Source: Elusimicrobiota bacterium
Lineage (GTDB): Bacteria > Elusimicrobiota > Elusimicrobia > Elusimicrobiales > UBA9959
Assembly (NCBI GenBank): GCA_027340875.1
Contig: DAIENX010000021.1
Location: 1 to 15,022 of the forward strand
Direction of reading: 5' to 3'
Length of the DNA stretch: 15,022 nucleotides
The position numbers and the translations under genes are program-made. Below are positions 1-7,463 of this stretch, piece by piece. The notes beneath the pieces were generated by a model. That model had not been told where the DNA came from and searched no databases. It saw nothing but the letters and a program-made list of their open reading frames with translations. The stretch's first letter is position 1, and each line of letters opens with the position of its first letter.

Positions 1-1008
1 GTCTCCCGCACCCTTTATCTCAGCGTGGCCGTGCTGCCCGAGCCGGTGCGCACCTGCATGGGCCTGGGTTACCTGCTCTGCCGCGCTCTCGACACTGCCG
101 TGGATACTTCGGGGATACCGGCACAGGAGAAGCTGAAGATACTATCCCTGGCCCGCGCTATCAACGATCCCGGTTCCCGCGAAGCCCTGCTCCACAAGAT
201 CAGGGCGCTCTCTGAATTTCCGGCCCCGCAGGGGGAGCGGGAGCTGCTGCTGAAGTTCGGCAAGGTGCTCGATATCTTCGCCGCCCTGCCGGAAGAGGAC
301 AAGCCGCTGTTCACCGACCTGCTGGGCGGGATAGCCTCAGGCATGGAGATGGACGTCCGCAGTTTCCCCGGCGGCGCCCCTGCCGCCCTGCCGCGCGCCT
401 CGGACCTCGAGCGCTACTGCGCATTGATAGGCGGCGTTCCCGGGATATTCTGGGCCCGTCTATACCGCCAGGCCATCAGGCGCTCCACCCGCGGCGGCTT
501 CCTCTCGGAAAAGGACGCCGAGATGATAGGCGCGGCCCTGCAGATGACGAATATCCTGAAGGACATGGCGGCCGACCTGGCGAACGGCCGCTGCTATATC
601 CCGCAGGAGGACCTGGACACCAGGAACATGAAGCCGGGCGACCTGCTGGACAAGGCTAACATGGGACGTCTCAGGGAGATAGTCCTGAAATGGGTCATGT
701 GGGCCGTCGACCGGCTGGACCAGAGCGAAGCCTTCGTTTCCGCGATCCCGAAGACCGAGGCGGCGCTGCGCGCCGCTACCATCTGGCCCATCTACTGGTC
801 CATGGACACGCTCGAGGAAGTGGTGCGGTCCAACCTGTTGGACTCCGCGGAACGGCCGAAGGTGGGCCGCTTACGCATCTATGGCACCATAGCGGCGACC
901 CCGCCGCTGCTGCTCAGCAATACCGCCTTCGCCCGCGGCTACCGTTTCCGCCGGGAAACGCTGATAGGCGCGATAACGGGGGGGAACTACGAGGGGAGGT
1001 CGTTATGA
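1..1008 (+). CDS. Squalene/phytoene synthase family protein (farnesyl-diphosphate farnesyltransferase-like), 5' end outside the window
   Basis: Frame is open from base 1 (VSRTLYLSVAVLP, matching the SQS VSRTF..S..LP motif), so the GTG at 25 is not the start. Motifs: YLLCRALDTAVD (first DxxxD), YC..IGG.PG, LQMTNILKDMAADLANGRCYIP (second motif). Confidence 0.88.
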   Translation, partial: VSRTLYLSVAVLPEPVRTCMGLGYLLCRALDTAVDTSGIPAQEKLKILSLARAINDPGSREALLHKIRALSEFPAPQGERELLLKFGKVLDIFAALPEEDKPLFTDLLGGIASGMEMDVRSFPGGAPAALPRASDLERYCALIGGVPGIFWARLYRQAIRRSTRGGFLSEKDAEMIGAALQMTNILKDMAADLANGRCYIPQEDLDTRNMKPGDLLDKANMGRLREIVLKWVMWAVDRLDQSEAFVSAIPKTEAALRAATIWPIYWSMDTLEEVVRSNLLDSAERPKVGRLRIYGTIAATPPLLLSNTAFARGYRFRRETLIGAITGGNYEGRSL

Positions 1009-1490
1009 GGAAGTTGACGCTTTTCGCGGCGGTCCTGGCCGCCTGCGCCTGCGCCAGGCAGCTGACTCCCACCGAGAGGGAGGAGGCCAGGCGCGCCGAC
1101 ATGGAGCTGACCAGCGTGATGGACATGGTCAAGAACAGGCAGATCCCGCCCATAGACTTCGAGACCGGCTCAGCCAAGCTGAAGCCTTCCTCGTACGAGC
1201 TGCTGGACCGCATAGCGGTGATCCTGATAAACAAGAACCGCCTGAAGCTGATAGTGGAAGGCCACACCGACGACGTGGGCTCGGCCGAGTACAACCAGGA
1301 CCTTTCGCTGCGCCGCGCCAACTCGGTGAAGATGTACCTGGCGACCAAGGGCGTCTATCCGGACTATATCCGCATCTACGGCTACGGTGAGACGAAGCCC
1401 GTGGTGGCCGAGAAGACCCCGGAGGCCCGCGCGCTCAACCGCCGCGTCGAGTTCCGGATAACCACCAGGGACTGGGGAACGGTGTACTGA
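1005..1490 (+). CDS. OmpA/Pal-like peptidoglycan-binding lipoprotein (161 aa)
   Basis: ATG at 1005 overlaps the upstream stop (ATGA), with GGAGGT SD. Signal MRKLTLFAAVLAAC carries a lipobox. OmpA_C motifs: IDFETGS, VEGHTD..G..EYN..LS.RRA.SV..YL, GYGETKP, NRRVEF. Confidence 0.92.
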   Translation: MRKLTLFAAVLAACACARQLTPTEREEARRADMELTSVMDMVKNRQIPPIDFETGSAKLKPSSYELLDRIAVILINKNRLKLIVEGHTDDVGSAEYNQDLSLRRANSVKMYLATKGVYPDYIRIYGYGETKPVVAEKTPEARALNRRVEFRITTRDWGTVY

Positions 1491-1506
1491 GCCCGGACCA
1501 CGAAAT

Positions 1507-1537
1507 AAAAAAGCCCCGGAGAGCCGGGGCTTTTTTT
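1507..1537. terminator. Bidirectional intrinsic terminator between convergent OmpA-like gene and obgE
   Basis: AAAAAAGCCCCGG-agag-CCGGGGCTTTTTTT. Confidence 0.92.
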
Positions 1538-1541
1538 ACGG

Positions 1542-2897
1542 TCAGTCGCCGTAGTCCTGCCGGTACTTCCGGTACTTGTAGGCGAACTTGCTCTGTCTGC
1601 CTTCGGGGAGCTTCTCGTCGCTCCATTCGAATTCCCTGTCTACGATGCGCACCGCGTCGCCCTCTCCCGCGCCGGCCTTTTTAAGGGCCTTGTCCAGGCC
1701 TATGGTCTTGAAGATGCGGCGCAGGCGGTCCCAGGAATCCGGCTGGGAGAAGTTGGTCATCGCTATCAGCTTCTCCACCTTCGTTCCGGTCACGACGAAG
1801 GCTCCGGTGTGGTCTTTCGCCACCTTGAAGCCTTCCGAAGGACGGCGGAAGGCGGCCGCCCCTTCCGAAGCGCGGTAGAGTTCCTCTTCCTTTATCGTCG
1901 GCAGCAGCTTTATGACCCTGTCCAGGAGGCGGCTGACCCCCTTGCCGGTCACTGCGGAGATCAGGAAGATCTCCTTCTTCCTGAACTTCTTCTGCAGGGC
2001 TTCCTGCACCTTCTCCGTCCCCGGCAGATCGGATTTGTTCACCGCCAGCAGCGCCGTTTTCTTCGCGAGCAGCGGATGGAAGTTCTTCAGCTCCTTCTCT
2101 ATGACGCGCACAGCCTGCTCCGGTTTCAGGTCGCCGAAGCCGGCCGGGTCCACCAGGTGCACCAGCAGCTTGGTGCGCAGCACGTGCTTGAGGAAGAGGT
2201 CGCCGAGGCCGCGGCCTTCGTGTGCGCCTTCGATAAGGCCGGGGATGTCGGCGGCGGCGAAGCTTTTACCCTTGTGGGTCACCATGCCGATGTTGGGGTT
2301 GAGCGTGGTGAACGGGTAACCGGCTATCTTGGGCCGGGCGGCGGAAATTGCGGCGAGCAGCGTCGATTTCCCGGCGTTGGGGAAGCCGACCAGGCCCACG
2401 TCTGCCAGCACGCTGAGCTCCAGCCAGGCCTCGTACTCCTCTCCGGGTTCTCCGTTCTCCGATATCTTCGGTGCGGTATTGAAACGCGTCTTGAAGGCGG
2501 TGTTGCCGCGGCCGCCGCGGCCGCCTTGGGCCGCGAGGAAGCGCTGGCCGTCCTCCTTCAGGTCTGCCAGCACCGCGCCCTCGCGCTTGACCACCGTCCC
2601 GAGGGGGACGTAAAGGGTCTTGTCCTCGCCGTCGGCCCCGTCCCGCTTGTTGCCGCCGCCGGGCGCGGCGTCGCCGGCCGTGATATGGGGATGGAAGGCT
2701 ATCTCGCGCAGCGTCGTGATGTTGGCCGAGGCCACGAACCAGATGCTGCCGCCCCTGCCGCCGTGGCCGCCGTCCGGGCCGCCGTACGGGATGAACTTCT
2801 CCCGGCGGAAGGAGGAGGCGCCGTTGCCGCCCTTGCCGGCCTTGAGGAAGACGTGGGCGGTGTCTATGAAATCGTGCGAGGTCCTTGGTTTGGACAT
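1542..2897 (-). CDS. obgE: GTPase Obg/CgtA with C-terminal OCT (DUF1967) domain, 451 aa
   Basis: Gly-rich Obg fold (FID...AGKGGNG..SFRREKFIPYGGPDGG), G1 GFPNAGKST, YPFTT, DIPG, NKSD, ISA, and a C-terminal L..AG..EGD.V.I...EFEW segment. Start placed at MSKPR (2897) because the longer ORF runs through a terminator into rpmA. Confidence 0.97.
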   Translation of the reverse strand: MSKPRTSHDFIDTAHVFLKAGKGGNGASSFRREKFIPYGGPDGGHGGRGGSIWFVASANITTLREIAFHPHITAGDAAPGGGNKRDGADGEDKTLYVPLGTVVKREGAVLADLKEDGQRFLAAQGGRGGRGNTAFKTRFNTAPKISENGEPGEEYEAWLELSVLADVGLVGFPNAGKSTLLAAISAARPKIAGYPFTTLNPNIGMVTHKGKSFAAADIPGLIEGAHEGRGLGDLFLKHVLRTKLLVHLVDPAGFGDLKPEQAVRVIEKELKNFHPLLAKKTALLAVNKSDLPGTEKVQEALQKKFRKKEIFLISAVTGKGVSRLLDRVIKLLPTIKEEELYRASEGAAAFRRPSEGFKVAKDHTGAFVVTGTKVEKLIAMTNFSQPDSWDRLRRIFKTIGLDKALKKAGAGEGDAVRIVDREFEWSDEKLPEGRQSKFAYKYRKYRQDYGD

Positions 2898-2903
2898 ATG
2901 TTT

Positions 2904-2909
2904 ATAATA
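2904..2909 (-). promoter_or_regulatory. Putative -10 box (TATTAT) 6 nt before the obgE ATG; leaderless start
   Basis: Minus strand ...TTTTT-TATTAT-aaacat-ATG. No SD and no convincing -35. Confidence 0.55.
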
Positions 2910-2947
2910 AAAAACCTCCCGAACGTTCCACGCCCGGGAGGTTTTTT
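2909..2947 (-). terminator. Intrinsic terminator between rpmA and obgE
   Basis: Minus strand AAAAAACCTCCCG-GGCG-tggaa-CGTT-CGGGAGGTTTTTT. Confidence 0.85.
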
Positions 2948-2959
2948 CCTTTCGGGTGC

Positions 2960-3220
2960 TTACTTCGCGGCGGGGTAGACGCTGATCTGCTTCTTGCCGC
3001 GCTTGGCCCACTCGAACTTCACTACGCCGGTGACGATCGCGAACAGCGTGTCGTCCGAGGCCCGCCTGACGTTGTTGCCGGGCAGGAACTTGGTGCCGCG
3101 CTGGCGTACCAGTATCTCGCCCGCGTTGACCTTCTGCATGCCGTAGCGTTTCACGCCAAGGCGCTGGCCGGGGCTGTTGCGGCCGTTGCTGGTTGAACCT
3201 TGTCCTTTAGTATGCGCCAT
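2960..3220 (-). CDS. rpmA: 50S ribosomal protein bL27
   Basis: [49 protein letters not shown]. No N-terminal extension and no prp gene between rplU and rpmA. Confidence 0.98.
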   Translation of the reverse strand: MAHTKGQGSTSNGRNSPGQRLGVKRYGMQKVNAGEILVRQRGTKFLPGNNVRRASDDTLFAIVTGVVKFEWAKRGKKQISVYPAAK

Positions 3221-3266
3221 AATGTCCTCTGTTGTCTAATGCCGCTAGCGCGGCCGGGCCAAAAAC

Positions 3267-3578
3267 TTAAGACAGCTGAATGTCCTTCACTTCTATCTCG
3301 GTGAGTTCCTGGCGGTGCCCCGAAGCCTTCTCGTAGGCTTTCTTGGTTTTCTTGCGGAAAACGATGATCTTGGGGCCTCTCAGATGCCGGATGATCCGGG
3401 CGGTTACTTTGGCGGCGGGAGTCTTGGCAGCCGCGGCTTCCTTAGCTTCCTGAGAAGCGGACCACAGGGCCTTGAAGGTCACTTCGGTGCCTTCCTGGCC
3501 GGTGAGCTTCTCCACCTGCAGGATCTCGCCCGGAACTACCCAGTACTGCTTGCCGCCTGTTTCGATGATTGCGTACAT
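3267..3578 (-). CDS. rplU: 50S ribosomal protein bL21
   Basis: MYAIIETGGKQY, VEKL, RGPKIIVF.KK, GHRQ.LT; adjacent to rpmA. Confidence 0.98.
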   Translation of the reverse strand: MYAIIETGGKQYWVVPGEILQVEKLTGQEGTEVTFKALWSASQEAKEAAAAKTPAAKVTARIIRHLRGPKIIVFRKKTKKAYEKASGHRQELTEIEVKDIQLS

Positions 3579-3587
3579 AGTGGATAT

Positions 3588-3616
3588 ATATTAGCAAAAA
3601 TCGGCCTCCTAGGCAA
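3588..3616 (-). promoter_or_regulatory. Sigma70-type promoter of rplU (near-leaderless)
   Basis: TTGCCT (3616-3611), 17 nt spacer ending in TGC (extended -10), TAATAT (3593-3588), 9 nt, ATG. Confidence 0.7.
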
Positions 3617-3698
3617 TAAAATACGCGGCGGGAAGGGAATGGGTCTTCGGTCCCATAAGATCGGGGGACTTTAGACGCTTCCGGAGCCGGCCGCGGAT
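3617..3698 (-). ncRNA. Candidate ~80-nt structured RNA or rplU leader (family unassigned)
   Basis: Begins at the predicted TSS of an upstream TCGACA-17-TATTAT promoter. Nested pairings CGCGGC/GCCGCG, GGAAG/CTTCC, ATGGG/CCCAT, followed by UAUUUUAUU. Confidence 0.3.
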
Positions 3699-3703
3699 AT
3701 TCC

Positions 3704-3732
3704 ATAATATATGCATGAACTCCAAGTGTCGA
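3704..3732 (-). promoter_or_regulatory. Sigma70-type promoter pointing toward rplU (upstream promoter)
   Basis: TCGACA (3732-3727), 17 nt, TATTAT (3709-3704); both boxes are 5/6 matches to consensus. Confidence 0.6.
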
Positions 3733-3743
3733 GCGAACATTCT

Positions 3744-4139
3744 ATGAAACTTCTCCGATACCTGCCTGCCGCCTTCCTGACCGTATTGGCGCTGCCGCTC
3801 TTCGCCGCGGCCGCCCTGCCCGAGGCCAAGCCGTCCCGGCAGATACTCTCCGGGCTTTCCCAGCCGGCCACCTCGCAGGCCCTGATCACGCAGGCCGTGG
3901 ATTTCGACGCCCTCAGCGTCACCGACCCGCTTTACCGGGAGGGCTCGCTCCGCCTGCTTGAACAGGAAGTAAAGAACGACGCCGAAATGAAGAAGGCACC
4001 GGCCGATATGCGCGACGCCCCGGTCTCCAGGAAGAGGACCGGAGCAGCGCCGGCTCCCGGCAAGGACGTACGTCTCAAGAAGACCAGGGTGAAGAAGCCC
4101 GTGCACGCCGATCCCCTCAAGGAAAAGAAGGCGCTCTGA
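3744..4139 (+). CDS. Hypothetical secreted protein with Lys/Arg/Pro-rich tail
   Basis: MKLLRYLPAAFLTVLALPLFAAA is a Sec signal-like segment; GC3-rich codons; followed by a terminator. In-frame ATG at 3711 is an alternative start. Confidence 0.72.
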   Translation: MKLLRYLPAAFLTVLALPLFAAAALPEAKPSRQILSGLSQPATSQALITQAVDFDALSVTDPLYREGSLRLLEQEVKNDAEMKKAPADMRDAPVSRKRTGAAPAPGKDVRLKKTRVKKPVHADPLKEKKAL

Positions 4140-4162
4140 CCTGCCTGCCACGGCGCCGGCCC

Positions 4163-4193
4163 GCAGACCCCCGCTTCGCGGGGGTTTTGCTTT
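4163..4193 (+). terminator. Intrinsic terminator
   Basis: GCAGACCCCCGC-ttc-GCGGGGGTTTTGCTTT. Confidence 0.75.
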
Positions 4194-4215
4194 CGAGAGG
4201 CATAATTAATAAAAT
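4187..4215 (+). promoter_or_regulatory. Sigma70-type promoter of the 4243 gene, overlapping the terminator 3' arm
   Basis: TTGCTT (4187-4192), 17 nt, TAAAAT (4210-4215); the downstream leader carries a GGAGGA SD. Confidence 0.7.
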
Positions 4216-4242
4216 AGACAGCGTCAGCGCTGGAGGAGCGAT

Positions 4243-4950
4243 ATGGTACACGAAAAACTTGCATTCATAACGGAGCCCTTCCTGGAGCCCGTGATGGACC
4301 TGTGGAACCACATGTCCTCCTACCTTCCCAAGCTGATAGCCGCCTTCGCCTTCGTTCTGTTCGGCCTGTTCGCCGCGCGCATAGTCAGCTCGCTGCTTGA
4401 GCAGTTCCTGCGCCGGATAAAGATGGACAAGTACACCAGCAGCGTTGGCATCAACGAGCTGTTCATCCGCTTCGGCTTCGGCAAGTCGCCCGCGCACGTG
4501 ATCTCCTTCCTGGTCTACTGGGCGCTGCTGCTGGTCTTCCTGGTGACGGCCTCCAAGATACTCGATCTCACCGTCATAGCCGACATCCTGCAGCGCTTCA
4601 TCAACTTCCTGCCCAACCTGCTGGCCGCCATCTTCATAGGTTTCGGCGGGCTGATGTTCGCGCGCTTCATGGCCAACGTCGTGATGAACTCGGCCACCGC
4701 CAACAACCTGAAGGGCGGCCGCTCGCTGTCCAAGATGGTCAACTTCATCATCGTGGTGCTGACGATGATAACGGCCATCGAGCAGCTGGGCATCAAGATG
4801 AAGATGATCATCGGCGGCATCAACATCATGTTCGCCGCCCTCGGTCTAGCCTTCGCGATAGCCGTCGGCCTCGGCGCCAAGGACATCGCCCACGACATCC
4901 TGAAGAACCTCCTCACCGAGACCAAGGAAGAGGGCCGGGAAGAAAAGTGA
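4243..4950 (+). CDS. CmpX-like membrane protein with two MscS-associated conserved TM-helix repeats; no cytoplasmic MscS cage domain
   Basis: Two repeats, YLPKLIAAFAFVLFGLFAARIV and FLPNLLAAIFIGFGGLMFARFM. Ends at the MscS TM3-like GLAFAIAVGLGAKDI. SD GGAGGA. Confidence 0.82.
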   Translation: MVHEKLAFITEPFLEPVMDLWNHMSSYLPKLIAAFAFVLFGLFAARIVSSLLEQFLRRIKMDKYTSSVGINELFIRFGFGKSPAHVISFLVYWALLLVFLVTASKILDLTVIADILQRFINFLPNLLAAIFIGFGGLMFARFMANVVMNSATANNLKGGRSLSKMVNFIIVVLTMITAIEQLGIKMKMIIGGINIMFAALGLAFAIAVGLGAKDIAHDILKNLLTETKEEGREEK

Positions 4951-4990
4951 TCCCGCTGTCCTGAAGACAGGACCCCGGGGGGGCTTTTCT
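4942..4990 (+). terminator. Possible imperfect terminator
   Basis: GTCCTG-aaga-CAGGAC core with outer GAAAAG/CTTTTC pairing; irregular. Confidence 0.3.
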
Positions 4991-5043
4991 TCCAGCCGCG
5001 CCGCCGTGAAATTTTCAGAATAAAGTGCGAGGATGTGTCGCCG

Positions 5044-5652
5044 ATGGCTTGCGTCCTGAGAACGTCCGTCATCCTGCCCGTCTGCCTGTGCCTCTCCGCC
5101 TGTTCCGCGTCGGTCCCCATGCGGGTGGCCAGGATAAACGGGGAATTGTTCTTCGTGCTGGAGGGGAAGCCGCAGGTGGAGAGCGTGACGGTGGAGCGCG
5201 ACGCGACTCCCTGGAGCCCCGCCGAAAAAATGTGGCTTGCCGGATGTTCTGCTCCTGACGTCCCCGCGGCCCGGTCTTCGGGCGCCAAGGCCGCCCCGGC
5301 CGGCTACAAGTGCAGCGTTCACCAGATAAAGTACGGTGAAGGCGGGGAGTACCTGCCCTCGCTGAGTTTCCCTCGGTCCCTGACCAGGGGACTGAGTTAT
5401 ACCGTGCGCGTGGAGCTGGCCGGTCCCGCTGCCGCGGAGAGTTCCTTCATGCTGGAGGGAGATAACAGTATTTCGGTGACGGGAAGCGCCGTGGCCGCCT
5501 CCCATATAAAGGGCGTGACGCTGGAAACATCCTCGGGGGAGCTGTTCTACCCGTATGAGGTAAGCGTCGCCAGCGAAGCCGGGCGCGTCGTCCTGACCGC
5601 CGGCTCCCCCAGGACGGTCGTCCCCGCCAGGAAGAAGCCCGTCTCTTATTGA
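5044..5652 (+). CDS. Hypothetical lipoprotein, probably beta-rich
   Basis: Hydrophobic N-terminus with lipobox LSAC; fills the gap before a bidirectional terminator. Start is ATG 5044 or GTG 5035. Confidence 0.65.
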   Translation: MACVLRTSVILPVCLCLSACSASVPMRVARINGELFFVLEGKPQVESVTVERDATPWSPAEKMWLAGCSAPDVPAARSSGAKAAPAGYKCSVHQIKYGEGGEYLPSLSFPRSLTRGLSYTVRVELAGPAAAESSFMLEGDNSISVTGSAVAASHIKGVTLETSSGELFYPYEVSVASEAGRVVLTAGSPRTVVPARKKPVSY

Positions 5653-5670
5653 GCCGGCCCGCCGGACGCG

Positions 5671-5713
5671 AAAAAATGCCCCCGGGCATTCCTGCCCGGG
5701 GGCATTTTGTTTT
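5671..5713. terminator. Bidirectional intrinsic terminator (lipoprotein gene / rpoD)
   Basis: AAAATGCCCCCGGGCA-ttcc-TGCCCGGGGGCATTTT, a 16-bp perfect stem with A/T flanks. Confidence 0.92.
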
Positions 5714-5724
5714 CCAGCTCAACG

Positions 5725-7434
5725 TCAGTCTATGTAGTCCCTGAGCATCTTGCTGCGGCTGGGGTGACGCAGCTTCCTGATGGCCTTGGCCTCTATCTGC
5801 CGCACGCGCTCGCGCGTGACGCGGAAGATCTTGCCCACTTCCTCGAGGGTCCTGGGGTAGCCGGTCTCTATGCCGAAACGCAGCTTGATGATCTTCGCCT
5901 CGCGGTCCGTCAGCGTGTCGAGGATCTTCGTCACCTCGCGGCGGCGCAGCAGCTCGATGGCCGAGTAGGACGGCGGCAGGCCGCCGCGGTCCTCGATGAA
6001 GTCCTCGAGGTGGGAATCCTCGTCCTCGCCTATCGGGGTGGACAGCGAGATCGGGTCCTGCATGATCTTCAGCGCGTTCTTCACCTTGTCCATCGAGATG
6101 TGCATGTGCTTGGAGTATTCCTCGATCAGCGGGTCGCGGCCGAACTCCTGGCGGTACTTGCGCGTGACCTTCATCAGCTTGCTGACGAGTTCCTTCATGT
6201 GCACCGGGATGCGGATCGTGCGGGCCTGGTCGGCGATCGCGCGGTTGATGCTCTGGCGGATCCACCAAGTGGCATAGGTCGAGAACTTGAAGCCGCGTTT
6301 GTACTCGAACTTCTCGACGGCCTTCATCAGGCCGAGACCGCCCTCCTGGATCAGGTCGGAGAGCTCGAGGTTCGAGTTCACGTGCTTCTTTGCTATCGAC
6401 ACGACGAGGCGCAGGTTCGCCTTGATCAGCTTCAGCTTGTCCTGCAGGATCTGGTCCTCCAGGAACGTGATCTTGTCGTTGAGCGACATGAAGTCGTCGG
6501 GGTCTATAGGCAGCGTGCGCACCAGGTGATGCTCGCGTTCCTTGACGGCGGCCACGTTCTGCAGCGCGGCCTCGACCTCGTTCGGGTTGTAGCCCCACTT
6601 GCTCTTGAACGCGGCCGGCGTCAGGCGTTTGCGGCCCACTAGCTCGTGGTCGTGCCGCAGCTTCTCCAGGTCTCCGTAGATTTTCTGGTATTTGTCCAGC
6701 TCCAGGCGGTATTCCTTGATCTTGTGCGCGAGGTTCTTGATCTTGTTGGTCAGGCGCTTGATCTTCTCCTGGTTCAGGTTCAGGTTTATGATGTTCTTGA
6801 CTATATCCTTGCGCTTCTTGTCGATCACGCCGGCGATCTTCTTGCGCATCTCGTTGGAGAGGCGCGGCTTGTTCATTCGCTCGGTCAGTTTGGCGATCTC
6901 CTTCTCGCTGCGCGTGATGAGCTTGGCGATGTTCTTCATCTTGCGTTTCATCGCCGAGAGCTCCTGGTTTGACTTGCGGCCGCGGGGCATCAGTTCCTTG
7001 GTCGTCATCTCGTCCTGCTCGATCAGCGTCTCCCAGTTGCGGATCTCGCGCATCGTGATCGGGGACTCCAGCACCAGCATCCGCAGCTCGCGCTCGCGTT
7101 CGCGGATATTGCGGGCCAGCGTGACCTCCTCGTCGCGGGTCAGCAGCGGCACCTTGCCCATCTCGGAAAGGTACATGCGTATCGAGTTGGAAACGTCGGG
7201 CGTGGCGCTCCACTCCTCGGTGTAGGCTTCGCGCTCGGCGGCCGCGACCAGTTTGAACTTCTTGCGGTCCACCACCGCTATGCCGAGGTCCTCCAGCGTG
7301 CCCATCAGCGTGTCGATCTCCTCGCTGGACATCGACGCGTTGGTGAGCGAGCGGTTCATCTCCTCGAGGGTGATATAGCCGTGCTCCTTGCCGAGTTCCA
7401 CGAGGTCCCTTAAAGCTTTCTTAGGCTGTGCCAT
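5725..7434 (-). CDS. rpoD: RNA polymerase primary sigma factor sigma70
   Basis: Regions 1.1, 1.2 ([15 protein letters not shown]), 2 ([32 protein letters not shown]), 3 (RTIRIPVHM) and 4 ([26 protein letters not shown]). SD AGGAG; follows dnaG. Confidence 0.98.
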   Translation of the reverse strand: MAQPKKALRDLVELGKEHGYITLEEMNRSLTNASMSSEEIDTLMGTLEDLGIAVVDRKKFKLVAAAEREAYTEEWSATPDVSNSIRMYLSEMGKVPLLTRDEEVTLARNIRERERELRMLVLESPITMREIRNWETLIEQDEMTTKELMPRGRKSNQELSAMKRKMKNIAKLITRSEKEIAKLTERMNKPRLSNEMRKKIAGVIDKKRKDIVKNIINLNLNQEKIKRLTNKIKNLAHKIKEYRLELDKYQKIYGDLEKLRHDHELVGRKRLTPAAFKSKWGYNPNEVEAALQNVAAVKEREHHLVRTLPIDPDDFMSLNDKITFLEDQILQDKLKLIKANLRLVVSIAKKHVNSNLELSDLIQEGGLGLMKAVEKFEYKRGFKFSTYATWWIRQSINRAIADQARTIRIPVHMKELVSKLMKVTRKYRQEFGRDPLIEEYSKHMHISMDKVKNALKIMQDPISLSTPIGEDEDSHLEDFIEDRGGLPPSYSAIELLRRREVTKILDTLTDREAKIIKLRFGIETGYPRTLEEVGKIFRVTRERVRQIEAKAIRKLRHPSRSKMLRDYID

Positions 7435-7463
7435 CTTGTTCTCCTGTCTGACTGCTTTTCAGA

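Noticed and set aside
690..1004. Long N-terminal extension of the OmpA ORF
   Set aside because: Overlaps the synthase gene out of frame; the SD, ATGA coupling and signal peptide all point to 1005.
1809..2978. 389-aa antisense ORF over obgE, and similar antisense ORFs over rpoD, dnaG, the nucleotidases and rplM/rpsI
   Set aside because: Typical stop-poor shadow frames of GC-rich genes; no motifs or start signals.
2898..3011. 38-aa N-terminal extension of Obg
   Set aside because: Runs through a terminator and into rpmA; homology starts near 2897.
3624..3695. tRNA-Sec-like GGAAG...CTTCC ends, or SRP-like TCCGGAAG
   Set aside because: Too short; no T-loop GTTCGA or UCA anticodon arm; the SRP CAGG...GGAAGCAG consensus is absent.
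5447..7213. 588-aa alternate-frame ORF inside rpoD
   Set aside because: Arg/Pro/Gly/Gln-rich shadow frame that crosses a terminator; no recognisable domain.
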